Below, one piece after another: positions 9,927 through 19,969 of a DNA stretch of 64,000 nucleotides. A model generated the notes under the pieces. It made no database searches and was not told the DNA's origin. It saw nothing but the letters and a program-made list of their open reading frames with translations. Within the stretch, counting starts at the first letter, position 1, and each line of letters opens with the position of its first letter. The DNA comes from Oscillospiraceae bacterium (GTDB lineage: Bacteria; Bacillota; Clostridia; Oscillospirales; SIG627), in contig SVTV01000014.1 of the NCBI GenBank assembly GCA_015063605.1, positions 3,038-67,037 on the forward strand. Direction: 5' to 3'. Made by a program: the position numbers and the translations under genes.

Positions 9927-12692
9927 ATGAAATTACTTTTTTCGGAATCCTTTGAATATGAAGGAAAAGATCTGTTGGAAAGCAGCTCGCAATGGAAAAA
10001 ATTCGGTAATCCTCTATATACCGAGATTATTGACGCAACAGCATCCGACGGAAAAAGTGCATTGAAGTTAACAAGTACAGCGGAATATTCGGGATTCGGA
10101 TTCAGAAGTGCGCCCGTTCCGGTCACTCCCGGAAAAAAATACATAGTTTCCGCAGATTCATTTTCCGATAAAGGCGAGGGACAGATATATATCGAATTCT
10201 GGAACAATAATGAAAGGCTTTCTCCGGTTACCATCGTAACATTTTGCGATTCCTCGTGGGAGACCATTGAAACGGAAGCCGTTGCATTGGGAGGGGCTCA
10301 ATATATGACGCTTTTGATCTATATGCACGGTGACAATGACGGTACATCGTATTTCGACAATATCAAGATTTTCGAGAGCGACGAGCCGCCTGCAAAGTAT
10401 ATATCCGATACGGACAAATATTACGATCCCGAGAAGAAGATCCCTCTTGTCGAAAAGAATTTTCCAAAACTTTATTTTGTTCCGTCGGAAAAGGAAGCGA
10501 TCATCGCAAGAAAGGATGATGCCACGCAGAATTATGCGGGATGCTGCAATAAGGACATTACGGAGAGCATAATAAAAAGTGCCGATGCTATCGTTGAAGA
10601 GACATATTTTGTATGCTCTTATTACGGCGATCACAAGATAAGATTTGATTATCCTCTTACACAACCCGACTACATACCAAATCCCCCGAAATTCATAAGC
10701 AAGAGCAGATATCCTTATTGGACGGGAATGTCGGCAACGATAAGAAACAAGCTTCAATGCCTTGCTACCGCATATCTTTTGACAAACGAAGATAAGTATG
10801 CAGAAAAAGCAACCTCGATGTGTCTTTCTCTTTCAGAGTGGACCTCCTGGTCAGATCCCACATACGGTAACGGAAATGCATGTCTCGACAGCGGCTATTT
10901 TACTTTCGGTGTGTGCATGGTATATGATTTTCTTTACGACCGTTTTACAGATGAAGAGCGTGAAAAGATCAAGGACGGTATATACAGAAACGGTCTTATA
11001 AAGCCGTTAAAAGAATGGAAGATCGGAACGGATCACAATATTCAGGTAGTCCTTACCTGCGGTATTGCTTTGGCTGCATGTGCTCTCCACGGAGAATATC
11101 CCGAAACGGGAGATGCCATAAACAAGGCTCTCTCATATTTCTCATGGTTCCTTGACAAGCGTCTCACATCGTATTGCCACGAAGGAAACACATATACCAC
11201 TCTCGCTATGGAATACATTATGACTGCCGCCAATGCGATAAATAATGTAACGGGAGAGCGCTCAGTATTCGATCACAAGTTCATTTCCGATATACTTTTC
11301 AAATGGATGATCGCCGGTGGTGAATCAACCAAGGGACATTTTGCGCCTATATCCGACGGCAGTACAAGTGTGGGATTCTTTATAACAGCATCAGCACTTT
11401 ACAAGGCAACAAAAAATCCTTATGCCGGATATTATCTTATGCGTTCAAAGGTATTTTCACGTTCACTTGAAGGCTTGATCTACGGTGTTTCCGATATAGA
11501 TGAGGCTTCACCCGAAGATATTCAAAGCATATATCTTGAAACCATCGGATGGGGATGTATGAGAACGGGATGGAATGAGGATGATACTACATTCGTATTC
11601 ACCTCTTCCCTTTCCAATCTCGGTCACAATCATTATGACAACAACAGCTTTGTTATTGCAAAAAATGATGAATGGATAGCCACCGATCCCGGTTATCAGG
11701 ATTACTCGCAAGGAAACAACAGAGTTTATACAACAAAAATAGGACACAGCACGATATACGTAGACGGCGAGGCTCAGAATACGCTGGGAGCTTCTCTTAT
11801 AAAGGATCATCTTTCGGGAAAGAACTTTTCCTATATGACGGGCTCTGCCGAAAAAGCATACAGAAAGCCGAAACTTTCAAAATTCGACCGTTCCTTTGTA
11901 ATGATAAATCATAATTCACCTTACTTTATTGTAAAGGATCATATTGCTTCACCCGAAGAGCATGAGTTCACATGGAGAATAAACTGTGCGACCTCAGAAA
12001 AATTCAAGGCAAACGGAATCGAATCTGACATTAACACGGAATTTACGGGACACACATTTGAAGCAGATGCGAAAAAGACAAGCATGCGTGTTTCATTTGC
12101 TTCGGATATGCCTTTGGATTTTAAGTATTATCAGTATATGGATACGGTGGGAAAGCTCGTTGATGTGACCGACGGTAAAAGATCTGACAAGAAAGAATAC
12201 TTCTCCGTTATAAGTGTTACGGACATTGATAAGAAGAATGAGCACGTAAAAGTCCTTGAAAATATTTCATCTGAAGATACCCGAGGTTGCCGTATCGGAT
12301 GCTTTGACGGAAAAGAGGATCTTGTTCTTTTCGCAGACGGCAGCAATATATCCTACGGCAAGCTTTCTGCTTCGGGATGTGAAAAACATTCCTTTGCTGC
12401 TGTTCTCGGTATTGAAAATGATATATTCACAAAGGGATATGTCATCACATCGGGAAGCAAACTTGAATATGACGGAAAGCTTCTCTTCGAAAGCAACGGA
12501 AAGGCTTCTGCGGCAATAATGATTAACGGAAGCTCTGTTATCGCTACCGAAGAAAACGCCGATATAAAGCTTTACATCGGCGAAAAAGCAAGCTCGGTAA
12601 AGCTTTCCGACAACAAAGTATATGCAAAGGACAAGGATGGATACGTTTCCCTTTCCCTTGAAGCGGGTAAATACTTCGTTGAAATAATTTAA
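9927..12692 (+). CDS. cytoplasmic paralog of the heparinase II/III-like protein
   Basis: The ORF track starts at TTG 9840. I prefer ATG 9927 because of the AAAAGGAAGG SD and because 'MKLLFSESFEYEG' aligns with the mature N-terminus of the upstream paralog. It has the same CBM-like domain plus the 'NLGHNHYDNNSFVI' core, but no signal peptide and no C-terminal TM. Confidence 0.75.
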   Translation: MKLLFSESFEYEGKDLLESSSQWKKFGNPLYTEIIDATASDGKSALKLTSTAEYSGFGFRSAPVPVTPGKKYIVSADSFSDKGEGQIYIEFWNNNERLSPVTIVTFCDSSWETIETEAVALGGAQYMTLLIYMHGDNDGTSYFDNIKIFESDEPPAKYISDTDKYYDPEKKIPLVEKNFPKLYFVPSEKEAIIARKDDATQNYAGCCNKDITESIIKSADAIVEETYFVCSYYGDHKIRFDYPLTQPDYIPNPPKFISKSRYPYWTGMSATIRNKLQCLATAYLLTNEDKYAEKATSMCLSLSEWTSWSDPTYGNGNACLDSGYFTFGVCMVYDFLYDRFTDEEREKIKDGIYRNGLIKPLKEWKIGTDHNIQVVLTCGIALAACALHGEYPETGDAINKALSYFSWFLDKRLTSYCHEGNTYTTLAMEYIMTAANAINNVTGERSVFDHKFISDILFKWMIAGGESTKGHFAPISDGSTSVGFFITASALYKATKNPYAGYYLMRSKVFSRSLEGLIYGVSDIDEASPEDIQSIYLETIGWGCMRTGWNEDDTTFVFTSSLSNLGHNHYDNNSFVIAKNDEWIATDPGYQDYSQGNNRVYTTKIGHSTIYVDGEAQNTLGASLIKDHLSGKNFSYMTGSAEKAYRKPKLSKFDRSFVMINHNSPYFIVKDHIASPEEHEFTWRINCATSEKFKANGIESDINTEFTGHTFEADAKKTSMRVSFASDMPLDFKYYQYMDTVGKLVDVTDGKRSDKKEYFSVISVTDIDKKNEHVKVLENISSEDTRGCRIGCFDGKEDLVLFADGSNISYGKLSASGCEKHSFAAVLGIENDIFTKGYVITSGSKLEYDGKLLFESNGKASAAIMINGSSVIATEENADIKLYIGEKASSVKLSDNKVYAKDKDGYVSLSLEAGKYFVEII

Positions 12693-12725
12693 ACATTTAA
12701 GTTTCTTCGTATAACATCGAAACAA

Positions 12726-12776
12726 AACAAAGCGCAAGGTGCACTCTTTTGAATGCCTCCCTGCGCTTTGTTATTT
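12726..12776 (+). terminator. intrinsic terminator after the heparinase-like pair
   Basis: 11-bp stem AACAAAGCGCA/TGCGCTTTGTT (12726-12736 / 12762-12772) followed by a T-rich tract. Confidence 0.6.
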
Positions 12777-12882
12777 CTGACATCTTAATCGTATTTTGCC
12801 GCTTCACAATATTTCCAATATTGTTTATAAAAAGCGAGGCCGTTACACTTATTACCGTGAAGCAGCCTCGGTTTATTTCTCA

Positions 12883-15468
12883 TTATTCTATGGAAACAAC
12901 GGTATATCCCGCATCTGTAACGGCTTTTGTCAAAACGTCTGCGCCAACCTCTTTTTCAAGCGTAACGACAGCTTTTTTTGCTTCCAGCTCTATCTTCGTT
13001 TCCTTGACGCCGTCTATTGCATCAAGAGCTTTTGTCACACGTGCCGCACAATGCATACACATCATTCCGTCGATTATCATGGTCTTTTTCATTTCATTTT
13101 CTCCTTTTCCCGCTTCTTCAATTAATTCATGAAGGAGCGCTTCGTAATCAATATCTTTATTTATTCCATTCTTTAAAGAATGTTTCTTTGAAGAAAAATT
13201 CTTCTCCGAGGAATAAGGATCGAAGGTATTAAGCCTCAACGCATTCGTAACCACACAGAAGCTTGATAAGCTCATTGCCGCCGCCGCAAGCATCGGATCG
13301 ATTTTTATTCCGAAGGGAATGAGAACACCTGCGGCTACAGGAATGCAAATGCAGTTATAAAAGAAAGCCCAGAAGAGGTTTTCCTTGATATTTTTCAAGA
13401 CCTTCCTTGATAGGCGGATAGCCGCACACACATCCGATACAGTGGAGCGTGTGAGAACAACGTCCGCAGAGTCAATGGCAATATCGGTTCCGCTGCCTAT
13501 TGCAATTCCGATATCCGCACGAGTGAGGGCGGGAGCATCATTTATTCCGTCACCTACCATGACTGTCTTACACTTTTCCGACAATATGGAAACTGCTTTT
13601 TCTTTCCCGTCGGGAAGGACATCGGATACACAAGCCGACAGAAGCGGTTCGCCGTTACAGGAAATCTTTTCCGAAACCGCTTTCGCTGTCCTTTTATTAT
13701 CTCCCGTAAGCATTACAACATCTATTCCCATATTCTTCAAGGAATATATCGCATCTATACTGTCTTCTCTGAGACTGTCTGCGACGGAAACCATTCCGAG
13801 AAGCCTTCCGTTTGAAGCAAAGAAAAGCGGTGTCTTTCCATCTGTTGCTGCTTTTTCTGCGCTTTCCCTCAAGGAAGATATATCGATGTGTTCTTGTGCC
13901 ATAAGAGAAGCATTGCCCGCAAATGACATTTTGCCGTTGACAAATGCTTTAACGCCGTGCCCCGGCAAGGCGGTAAATTCTTTTATATCATCGGAAAGCT
14001 TGACTTTACTTTCGGCATATTCGCATACAGCTTTTGCGATCGGATGCTCGCTTTTTGATTCAAGAGCATATGATATTTCCGTAAGTTCTTTTTCCGAAAT
14101 GCCTTCAGCACAGATCATTTCGGTAACAACGGGTCTGCCTTCCGTTACCGTTCCCGTTTTATCCAGGATCGCTACCTCTGTTTTTCCCGTTTCCTCCAAC
14201 GCCGCGGCTGTTTTAAACAGTATGCCTTTTTTTGCACCTACACCGCTTCCCACCATTATGGCTACGGGTGTTGCAAGCCCCAAGGCACACGGACAGCTTA
14301 TGACGAGAACGCTTATGGCACGTGCCAGCGCACCACCCATGCTTTCACCGATGATGAGCCATACTATGCATGTAACAGATGCTATAAGAATTACCGATGG
14401 CACAAATACCGATGCCACCTTATCCGCTATTCTTGCAATGGGTGCCTTTGTAGAGGAGGCACTTTCGACAAGTTCGATTATCTTGGATAAAGCCGTTTCG
14501 CTTCCTACCCTTTCGGCTCTGCACTTTAAGAATCCGTTTATATTGACTGTGGCAGCACTTACCCGATCGCCCTCGGCTTTATCAACGGGAAGACTTTCTC
14601 CCGTCAGAGCGGATTCATTTACGGCACTCTCACCTTCAAGAACTATACCGTCTGCGGGAATGCTTTCACCCGGAAGAACGATGAAGATATCGTCCTTTTC
14701 CACTTCCCTTGTCTCTACGGTTATTTCCTTACCGTTTCTTATTACTCTTGCCTTTTCCGGATTGAGCGCCATAAGGCTCTTTATTGCATTAGTGGTTTTT
14801 CCCTTGCTTCTTTCTTCGAGTGTCTTACCAACCGTGATAAGCGTAAGTATCATAGCCGAAGACTCGAAATATAGGTCATGCAGATATTCGTGCAGGACGG
14901 TGATCTCTCCGCTGACTGCCGCTCTGTTCATGAGAAACATTACGGAAAGGCTGTATATAAATGCGGCACCGCTTCCTAAGGCAACAAGAGTATCCATATT
15001 GGGAGCGCCGTGAAGAGCACCTTTGAACCCGCTTATAAAGAATTTCCTATTAATTATCATAACAACAGAGGTTAAGATAAGCTGTATCAATACAATGGAA
15101 AGAGGATCTTTATCAAGACCTGCGGGCATAGGAAGAGAAAGCATGGTATGTCCCATGGAAAAGTACATTAGCACAACAAGAAGGATACACGAGGGTATCA
15201 ATCTGCTTTTAAATGTGCTATCTTCTTTTTCATTCTTCGCAGGCTTCTTTTCCGAGGTGTTTTTGACCGGTGAAGCACCATAGCCCGCCTTATCAACAGC
15301 GTTGCATATATCAACGGAGGTGACATTATTTTCAAAGGTCACGGTCATTGAATTTGACAGAAGATTCACATTTACTTCCGAGACTCCTTTAACGCTTTTT
15401 ACAGCCTTTTCCACATGGGAGACACACGCAGAGCATGTCATTCCCGTTACATTGAATTTTTCCTTCAA
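12883..15468 (-). CDS. copA: copper-translocating P1B-type ATPase with N- and C-terminal HMA domains
   Basis: 861 aa with a TTG start and AGGTGA SD. N-terminal HMA '[14 protein letters not shown]', TM '[11 protein letters not shown]', 'DKTGTVT', 'GDGINDAP'. A second HMA '[14 protein letters not shown]' sits at the extreme C-terminus. Confidence 0.95.
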   Translation of the reverse strand: MKEKFNVTGMTCSACVSHVEKAVKSVKGVSEVNVNLLSNSMTVTFENNVTSVDICNAVDKAGYGASPVKNTSEKKPAKNEKEDSTFKSRLIPSCILLVVLMYFSMGHTMLSLPMPAGLDKDPLSIVLIQLILTSVVMIINRKFFISGFKGALHGAPNMDTLVALGSGAAFIYSLSVMFLMNRAAVSGEITVLHEYLHDLYFESSAMILTLITVGKTLEERSKGKTTNAIKSLMALNPEKARVIRNGKEITVETREVEKDDIFIVLPGESIPADGIVLEGESAVNESALTGESLPVDKAEGDRVSAATVNINGFLKCRAERVGSETALSKIIELVESASSTKAPIARIADKVASVFVPSVILIASVTCIVWLIIGESMGGALARAISVLVISCPCALGLATPVAIMVGSGVGAKKGILFKTAAALEETGKTEVAILDKTGTVTEGRPVVTEMICAEGISEKELTEISYALESKSEHPIAKAVCEYAESKVKLSDDIKEFTALPGHGVKAFVNGKMSFAGNASLMAQEHIDISSLRESAEKAATDGKTPLFFASNGRLLGMVSVADSLREDSIDAIYSLKNMGIDVVMLTGDNKRTAKAVSEKISCNGEPLLSACVSDVLPDGKEKAVSILSEKCKTVMVGDGINDAPALTRADIGIAIGSGTDIAIDSADVVLTRSTVSDVCAAIRLSRKVLKNIKENLFWAFFYNCICIPVAAGVLIPFGIKIDPMLAAAAMSLSSFCVVTNALRLNTFDPYSSEKNFSSKKHSLKNGINKDIDYEALLHELIEEAGKGENEMKKTMIIDGMMCMHCAARVTKALDAIDGVKETKIELEAKKAVVTLEKEVGADVLTKAVTDAGYTVVSIE

Positions 15469-15476
15469 ATTATCAC

Positions 15477-15800
15477 CTACTTCATTTTTCTTATAAGCCC
15501 GATCGCTTCTTCCATGATATCATCATCACCGTTTTTTATGCCGTCGGAAACACACGTTTTAAGATGAACTGCCAAAATCTCATTACCCAATCCGCTCAAA
15601 GCATTTTCGGCAGCAGCGATCTGCAGAAGGATATCACCGCAGTACCTGTCATCCTCTATCATCGCTCTGATTCCGTTTAACTGACCCGATATTCTGCTTA
15701 TCCTGTTTATAAGCTTTTTCTTCTCACCTTCACTGCGGTGAGTTTTTTTATATTTACACGCCTCACATTCGCCGCAGACGCTGTTTTTCTCTTTTTTCAA
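15477..15800 (-). CDS. csoR: CsoR-family copper-sensing transcriptional repressor
   Basis: 107 aa with a TTG start and AAGGAGA SD. '[32 protein letters not shown]' and 'HLKTC' supply the C-H-C ligand pattern. Its stop overlaps the copA SD. Confidence 0.9.
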   Translation of the reverse strand: MKKEKNSVCGECEACKYKKTHRSEGEKKKLINRISRISGQLNGIRAMIEDDRYCGDILLQIAAAENALSGLGNEILAVHLKTCVSDGIKNGDDDIMEEAIGLIRKMK

Positions 15801-15831
15801 TTTCGAAAAGTCTCCTTATCAGAATATTCTT

Positions 15832-15860
15832 ATTATATACCCCCCAGGGGTATTTGTCAA
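15832..15860 (-). promoter_or_regulatory. csoR-copA promoter with embedded CsoR operator
   Basis: On the minus strand the sequence reads TTGACA, 17 nt, TATAAT. The spacer contains the GC-tract inverted repeat ATACCCC-nnn-GGGGTAT (15837-15853), the classic CsoR box. Confidence 0.8.
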
Positions 15861-16003
15861 TAGATTTTCAGAAAAATATATAACGTTATTTTGCACCCTT
15901 GTCATTATATGTCAGTAAAGTTTAACGGTATAATATGGTCGAGGAGTTAAGAAAAAATAACTTGCTCCGATACTGATATCAACAATCATGAAAGGAGAAA
16001 ATA

Positions 16004-17644
16004 ATGATATTTGGTATAAACAAACAGAATATGACGAGGCTTGATACCGACAGAATAAGTGCGGGGGCAAAAAACTTCGTTAAATTCAAAATCAACTTTT
16101 CCCCGGAGTGGGACGGATATACAAAAACAGTTGCATTTACCCGCTCCGACAGAACGGATTCCTTTTACGTTTATAATGTGGAGCATGAAAAAGAATATTA
16201 TGTTCCCTCAGAGGCAATTGCTAAGGAGGGAGTATGCTTTGTAAACGTAATAGGCACAAACGGTGAAACAAAATTGGCTACGTCAAATTCATGCTTCTTT
16301 TGCATTGAAAGTCCGGCTTCGGGAGAATCCGATGCAGAATCGGAAATAACGGCTTCCCTTTTTGCACAGATGTGTGCAAGGATCGAAGCAGCGATATCTC
16401 AATATTTCTCAAAGGAGATCGTATTGAGTGCCGATGAAAATGCGGTCTATTGGAAGTACAGAGATGAGACTGAGGCAAAAGTCCTTTTCACGTTTGACAG
16501 TATCAATATCGATACGGATATTGTCGATTGCTCCAATGTGGATTTTGACGTTACAGATTCTCACATCATATGGACGAAGGGAAACGGAAAGTGGGAAAAG
16601 CTCATAGAGCTATCAAAGCTCAAAGGTACAAAAGGTGAAAAGGGTGAAAAAGGCGAAAAAGGCGACAGAGGTTTTTCCGGTGTTTATATAGGCTCGGGAG
16701 AAATGCCCGCCGATTGTAATATTCAGATAGATCCTTCAGGCGATGCTATCGAAATAGATACCGAAAATATTACAAAAATGGAAAAGCGGCTCACAAATGC
16801 GGAAAAGGCATTACGGGGTCAGTTGTTATACGAAGAGGTGAATGACGAAATGTCTCTGATCAAGAAAACGCCTGAAAATGCTTTGCCGTACGCAACAATA
16901 AACGAAATTGGAGGTTTGACAAGAAAATGCCGTAATTTGTACAGCGGAGAAGATTTAAGCTTCACTCAAAGCATCCTTGTTACTTTGAAGGAACCGCTTT
17001 CTCCCGGTACATATACCGTCAGCTGTGTGTGCTCTTCCACCGATACCGATGTAACCTACAATTCGGTTTCTTTCGTGGGAGGAGGAACGGACAGCTCCGT
17101 AGATATTAACGTTGCCATTAACCGAGGAAGCAGAGCGGAAAAAACTGTAACGATCTATTCACCCGTTTCGCAGATCCGTTTCAATGCAAGCGAATCCTAC
17201 GACTCCGGTGCAGGCGATGTTGCATCTTTTTCGGATATAATGCTGAACGAAGGTGCGTCAGCGCAGCCGTATGAGCCGTACTTCGAAGGCTTTCGTGCTA
17301 CAAAGATCAAGGGATTCATAGGCAGAGGAGAGGGACATGAGGATAGATATGACATTCCCGACGAGATTCTGACCTTGGACGGATACGGTGAAGGCTTGGA
17401 TGAATCAAGCTTCAATATTCTTGATCTTGACAACAGAACATTTACAAAGCTATACGAATTCAACAAGGATGAAGGGATCCTATATAAGCTTTCCGAAGCG
17501 GTTGTGACCGATATTTCACCTTATCTGCTTTCGGACAACATGATAGAGGTATATCCTGGTGGAACGGTGGAGTTTATTGCGGACGATGATTATGCGGTAC
17601 AGGCTCCCACAAGATTAACATATCAAATTAAAAACAGTTTATAA
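16004..17644 (+). CDS. phage tail fiber / receptor-binding protein with collagen-like GXY repeats
   Basis: 546 aa with AAAGGAGA SD. It carries six G-X-Y triplets, 'GTKGEKGEKGEKGDRGFSG' (nt 16625-16681). The context is immediately upstream of a lysis cassette. Confidence 0.7.
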   Translation: MIFGINKQNMTRLDTDRISAGAKNFVKFKINFSPEWDGYTKTVAFTRSDRTDSFYVYNVEHEKEYYVPSEAIAKEGVCFVNVIGTNGETKLATSNSCFFCIESPASGESDAESEITASLFAQMCARIEAAISQYFSKEIVLSADENAVYWKYRDETEAKVLFTFDSINIDTDIVDCSNVDFDVTDSHIIWTKGNGKWEKLIELSKLKGTKGEKGEKGEKGDRGFSGVYIGSGEMPADCNIQIDPSGDAIEIDTENITKMEKRLTNAEKALRGQLLYEEVNDEMSLIKKTPENALPYATINEIGGLTRKCRNLYSGEDLSFTQSILVTLKEPLSPGTYTVSCVCSSTDTDVTYNSVSFVGGGTDSSVDINVAINRGSRAEKTVTIYSPVSQIRFNASESYDSGAGDVASFSDIMLNEGASAQPYEPYFEGFRATKIKGFIGRGEGHEDRYDIPDEILTLDGYGEGLDESSFNILDLDNRTFTKLYEFNKDEGILYKLSEAVVTDISPYLLSDNMIEVYPGGTVEFIADDDYAVQAPTRLTYQIKNSL

Positions 17645-17660
17645 AAAAAGGAGTATTAAA

Positions 17661-17924
17661 ATGATAAGCAGAACAGAAATAATACTTTCGGCAAAAAACG
17701 GAGTTCTCGATACTCTGTATTCATCTAAGGTAGAACAACGTATAAGGGAAAAGTATTCCTTGGGCGCACAGATAGCTCTCATTCGCCAGAAGGATGAAAA
17801 AGCGGAAGAATTCGAAGCATTCAACACATTTGCAGAAAACGCAAAAAAGGAGATAAAGGCAATAATAAACAAAACTCTTAAAGAAGCATTCGGGGAGGGA
17901 TACAAATGGGAACACCTATCTTAA
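17661..17924 (+). CDS. hypothetical phage protein (possible fiber assembly factor)
   Basis: 87 aa with AAGGAG SD. The assignment rests on position between the two fiber-like genes only. Confidence 0.5.
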   Translation: MISRTEIILSAKNGVLDTLYSSKVEQRIREKYSLGAQIALIRQKDEKAEEFEAFNTFAENAKKEIKAIINKTLKEAFGEGYKWEHLS

Positions 17925-18523
17925 AGGTCAGAGGAAGTGACGGAAAAATACATTCCATTCCCGCAATAACCGGAGGAGGATATACTCTTCCCACTGCGAC
18001 CTCCGATTCCTTGGGCGGTATAAAAGTGGGAAGCGGGCTTACGATTGATGAAAACGGTGTACTGTCCGCAAGTGTAGCCGAATCTCCGTCAACAGGTGGA
18101 ACTTCTCCCGACGGCTTTGAAATAATCTCAAATCAAACAACGGAGAAAGCCTCAAATTCTGTTGAATGGGAGGGGCTTTCATTGAGCCATGTTAGGCTTA
18201 CCGCATACTTACCGATTGCTTCAACAAATTCGGACAGCGTATTTATAAGAATAAACGGTATAAGAACGGGATATCTTTCCCCGACTTTTCTTTCAACTTC
18301 CCAACCAATGGTACACGACATTAAGATTGAAAAACGAGGAGATCTTTATTTGGTGCAATGGCGTTCCATGAGAGATATGGCTTCCCCTCAACAATACGTA
18401 AAGCAATACGGTATACCGGGTTGGTGGGGCAACGAAAAGGTAAGTTCTATCAAATTGGAAACTCAAACCACCTCTGCATACATTCCCGTTGGTTCAATTT
18501 TTGTCCTTGAAGGAATACGCTAA
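17906..18523 (+). CDS. phage tail-fiber-like protein
   Basis: 205 aa with GGGGAGGGA SD. The N-terminal 'TATSDSLGGIKVGSGLTIDENGVLSA' motif is common in phage fiber proteins. Confidence 0.55.
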   Translation: MGTPILKVRGSDGKIHSIPAITGGGYTLPTATSDSLGGIKVGSGLTIDENGVLSASVAESPSTGGTSPDGFEIISNQTTEKASNSVEWEGLSLSHVRLTAYLPIASTNSDSVFIRINGIRTGYLSPTFLSTSQPMVHDIKIEKRGDLYLVQWRSMRDMASPQQYVKQYGIPGWWGNEKVSSIKLETQTTSAYIPVGSIFVLEGIR

Positions 18524-18552
18524 GGTAGCAAAAGCGAAAGGAGAAACATATT

Positions 18553-18858
18553 ATGGAATACATGAACCAAGAAATTTGTCTTGAAAGACAAAAGGTCATG
18601 GAAGAACGCCTCGGAAGAGATAAGGAAAGGCTTGAACGCCTTGAAAAGCTCTATGACGCTATTAACATACAAAATACGAATATAGAAAAGCTTGTAATAG
18701 AGCTTCGTCATATAAACTCTTCCCTTTCAAGCCACGAGGAACGGATAACCGCAATTGAGGAGCAGCCGAGAGGAAGGCTCTCTCATATAGTATCTTCAAT
18801 GATATCGGCTCTGACGGGAGGAATAATCACCGTGATATTATCACAGATATTTATTTAA
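18553..18858 (+). CDS. XhlA-like lysis-associated membrane protein
   Basis: 101 aa with AAAGGAGA SD. A coiled-coil N-terminus ('CLERQKVMEERLGRDKERLERLEK') precedes a single C-terminal TM ('GGIITVILSQIFI'), resembling PBSX XhlA. Confidence 0.45.
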   Translation: MEYMNQEICLERQKVMEERLGRDKERLERLEKLYDAINIQNTNIEKLVIELRHINSSLSSHEERITAIEEQPRGRLSHIVSSMISALTGGIITVILSQIFI

Positions 18859-18907
18859 TTATTTGAGAAAGGAGACGATCTGATGGAAATTCAGACAACA
18901 AAACACA

Positions 18908-19639
18908 ATGAAATCAGGTATTGATGTTTCGACCTATAACGGTTACATAGATTGGAAAAAGGTTAAAAACGATGGGATCTGCTTTGCAATGGTCAAGGCT
19001 ACTCAGGGAAAAAGCCTTTATATGGCAAAGCCCCTTTATCTTTTCACCGACAGCAGATACGCGGAAAATGTCGATAACGCTTATAATGCGGAAATATCGG
19101 TCGGAGTATATCACTTTCTGACTGCGTCAAGTATAGAGGAAGCGATAGAGGAAGCGGACTACTTTACATCGGTAATATCAAAAAGACGTGATAAAATCGG
19201 TCTTTGGGCTGCCGTCGATGTGGAGGACGATCTTCATTTCAAGGGTCTTTCTAAGGATGAGCTGAGCGACATAGTAAAGGCTTTTTGTGACAGAGTCAAG
19301 GAAAGCGGATTCAGACCGATGATATATACAAACAGAAATTATCTTCGTTATAAGCTGAATTACTCTAAGCTTAAGGATATAGATATGTGGCAGGCTCATT
19401 GGTCGGAGATAAAGCCTGTAGATACGGGGGACAGATTAAAGATATGGCAGTACGGCCACGGTAAGGTAAGCGGTATCGAAGCTAAGACCGATCTTAATTT
19501 CGGTTATTTCGATACTGTTGAAGATTACCGAAAAAGTGTCATCGAGGCTTCGGGTATCGAGCAGCAGACAGTCGATTATCTTAATGATTACAAATACGCC
19601 GATGATCTTTGGCGTAAGCTTTATCTTGCAATAAAATAA
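18908..19639 (+). CDS. GH25 muramidase (phage endolysin)
   Basis: 243 aa. 'GIDVSTYNGYIDWKKVKNDGICFAMVKATQG' is the canonical GH25 N-terminus, with 'DVE' and 'WQY' further on. Confidence 0.9.
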   Translation: MKSGIDVSTYNGYIDWKKVKNDGICFAMVKATQGKSLYMAKPLYLFTDSRYAENVDNAYNAEISVGVYHFLTASSIEEAIEEADYFTSVISKRRDKIGLWAAVDVEDDLHFKGLSKDELSDIVKAFCDRVKESGFRPMIYTNRNYLRYKLNYSKLKDIDMWQAHWSEIKPVDTGDRLKIWQYGHGKVSGIEAKTDLNFGYFDTVEDYRKSVIEASGIEQQTVDYLNDYKYADDLWRKLYLAIK

Positions 19640-19660
19640 TATACAGGAGAAAAAACGGAT

Positions 19661-19969
19661 ATGAAAAATACAGTAATAACAAAGCTTTCAAGCAGAAAAT
19701 TCTGGGCATCATTCATAGCATTCGCATCATCGCTTCTTACAGTGATCTTTTCCGACAGGCTAAGTGCCGAGGAGATCGAATTGATAAAAAACGGCATATT
19801 CATATTATGCGTTTACATATTCGGTGAAAGCGGAATTGATATCGTGCGTTTATTACGCACATCATTCGAATACGGTGAAGCGATAAGCGGTTTTTCCGAT
19901 GGATCGGAGATCACGCCGGATGATGAAGATTTGACTGATACCGTTACGGCAGTCGAAGAAACAAAATGA
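19661..19969 (+). CDS. holin-like two-TM protein
   Basis: 102 aa with GGAGA SD. It has two hydrophobic helices and an acidic C-tail, directly downstream of the endolysin. Confidence 0.5.
   Translation: MKNTVITKLSSRKFWASFIAFASSLLTVIFSDRLSAEEIELIKNGIFILCVYIFGESGIDIVRLLRTSFEYGEAISGFSDGSEITPDDEDLTDTVTAVEETK

Noticed and set aside
12749-13132. 127-aa and 109-aa plus-strand ORFs in the copA 3' region
   Set aside because: They lie antisense to the C-terminal HMA domain of copA, have no SD, and have hydrophobic low-complexity composition.
13385-15013. 542-aa plus-strand ORF running antisense through copA
   Set aside because: Its composition is Ser/Pro/Ala/Thr-rich and low-complexity, with no SD and no motifs. 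The opposite strand encodes an unmistakable P-type ATPase. This is a shadow ORF caused by codon bias.
16625-16681. GGTGAAAA/GGCGAAAA microsatellite-like repeat
   Set aside because: It is in frame and encodes collagen-like G-X-Y triplets of the tail-fiber protein. It is a coding feature, not a non-coding repeat.
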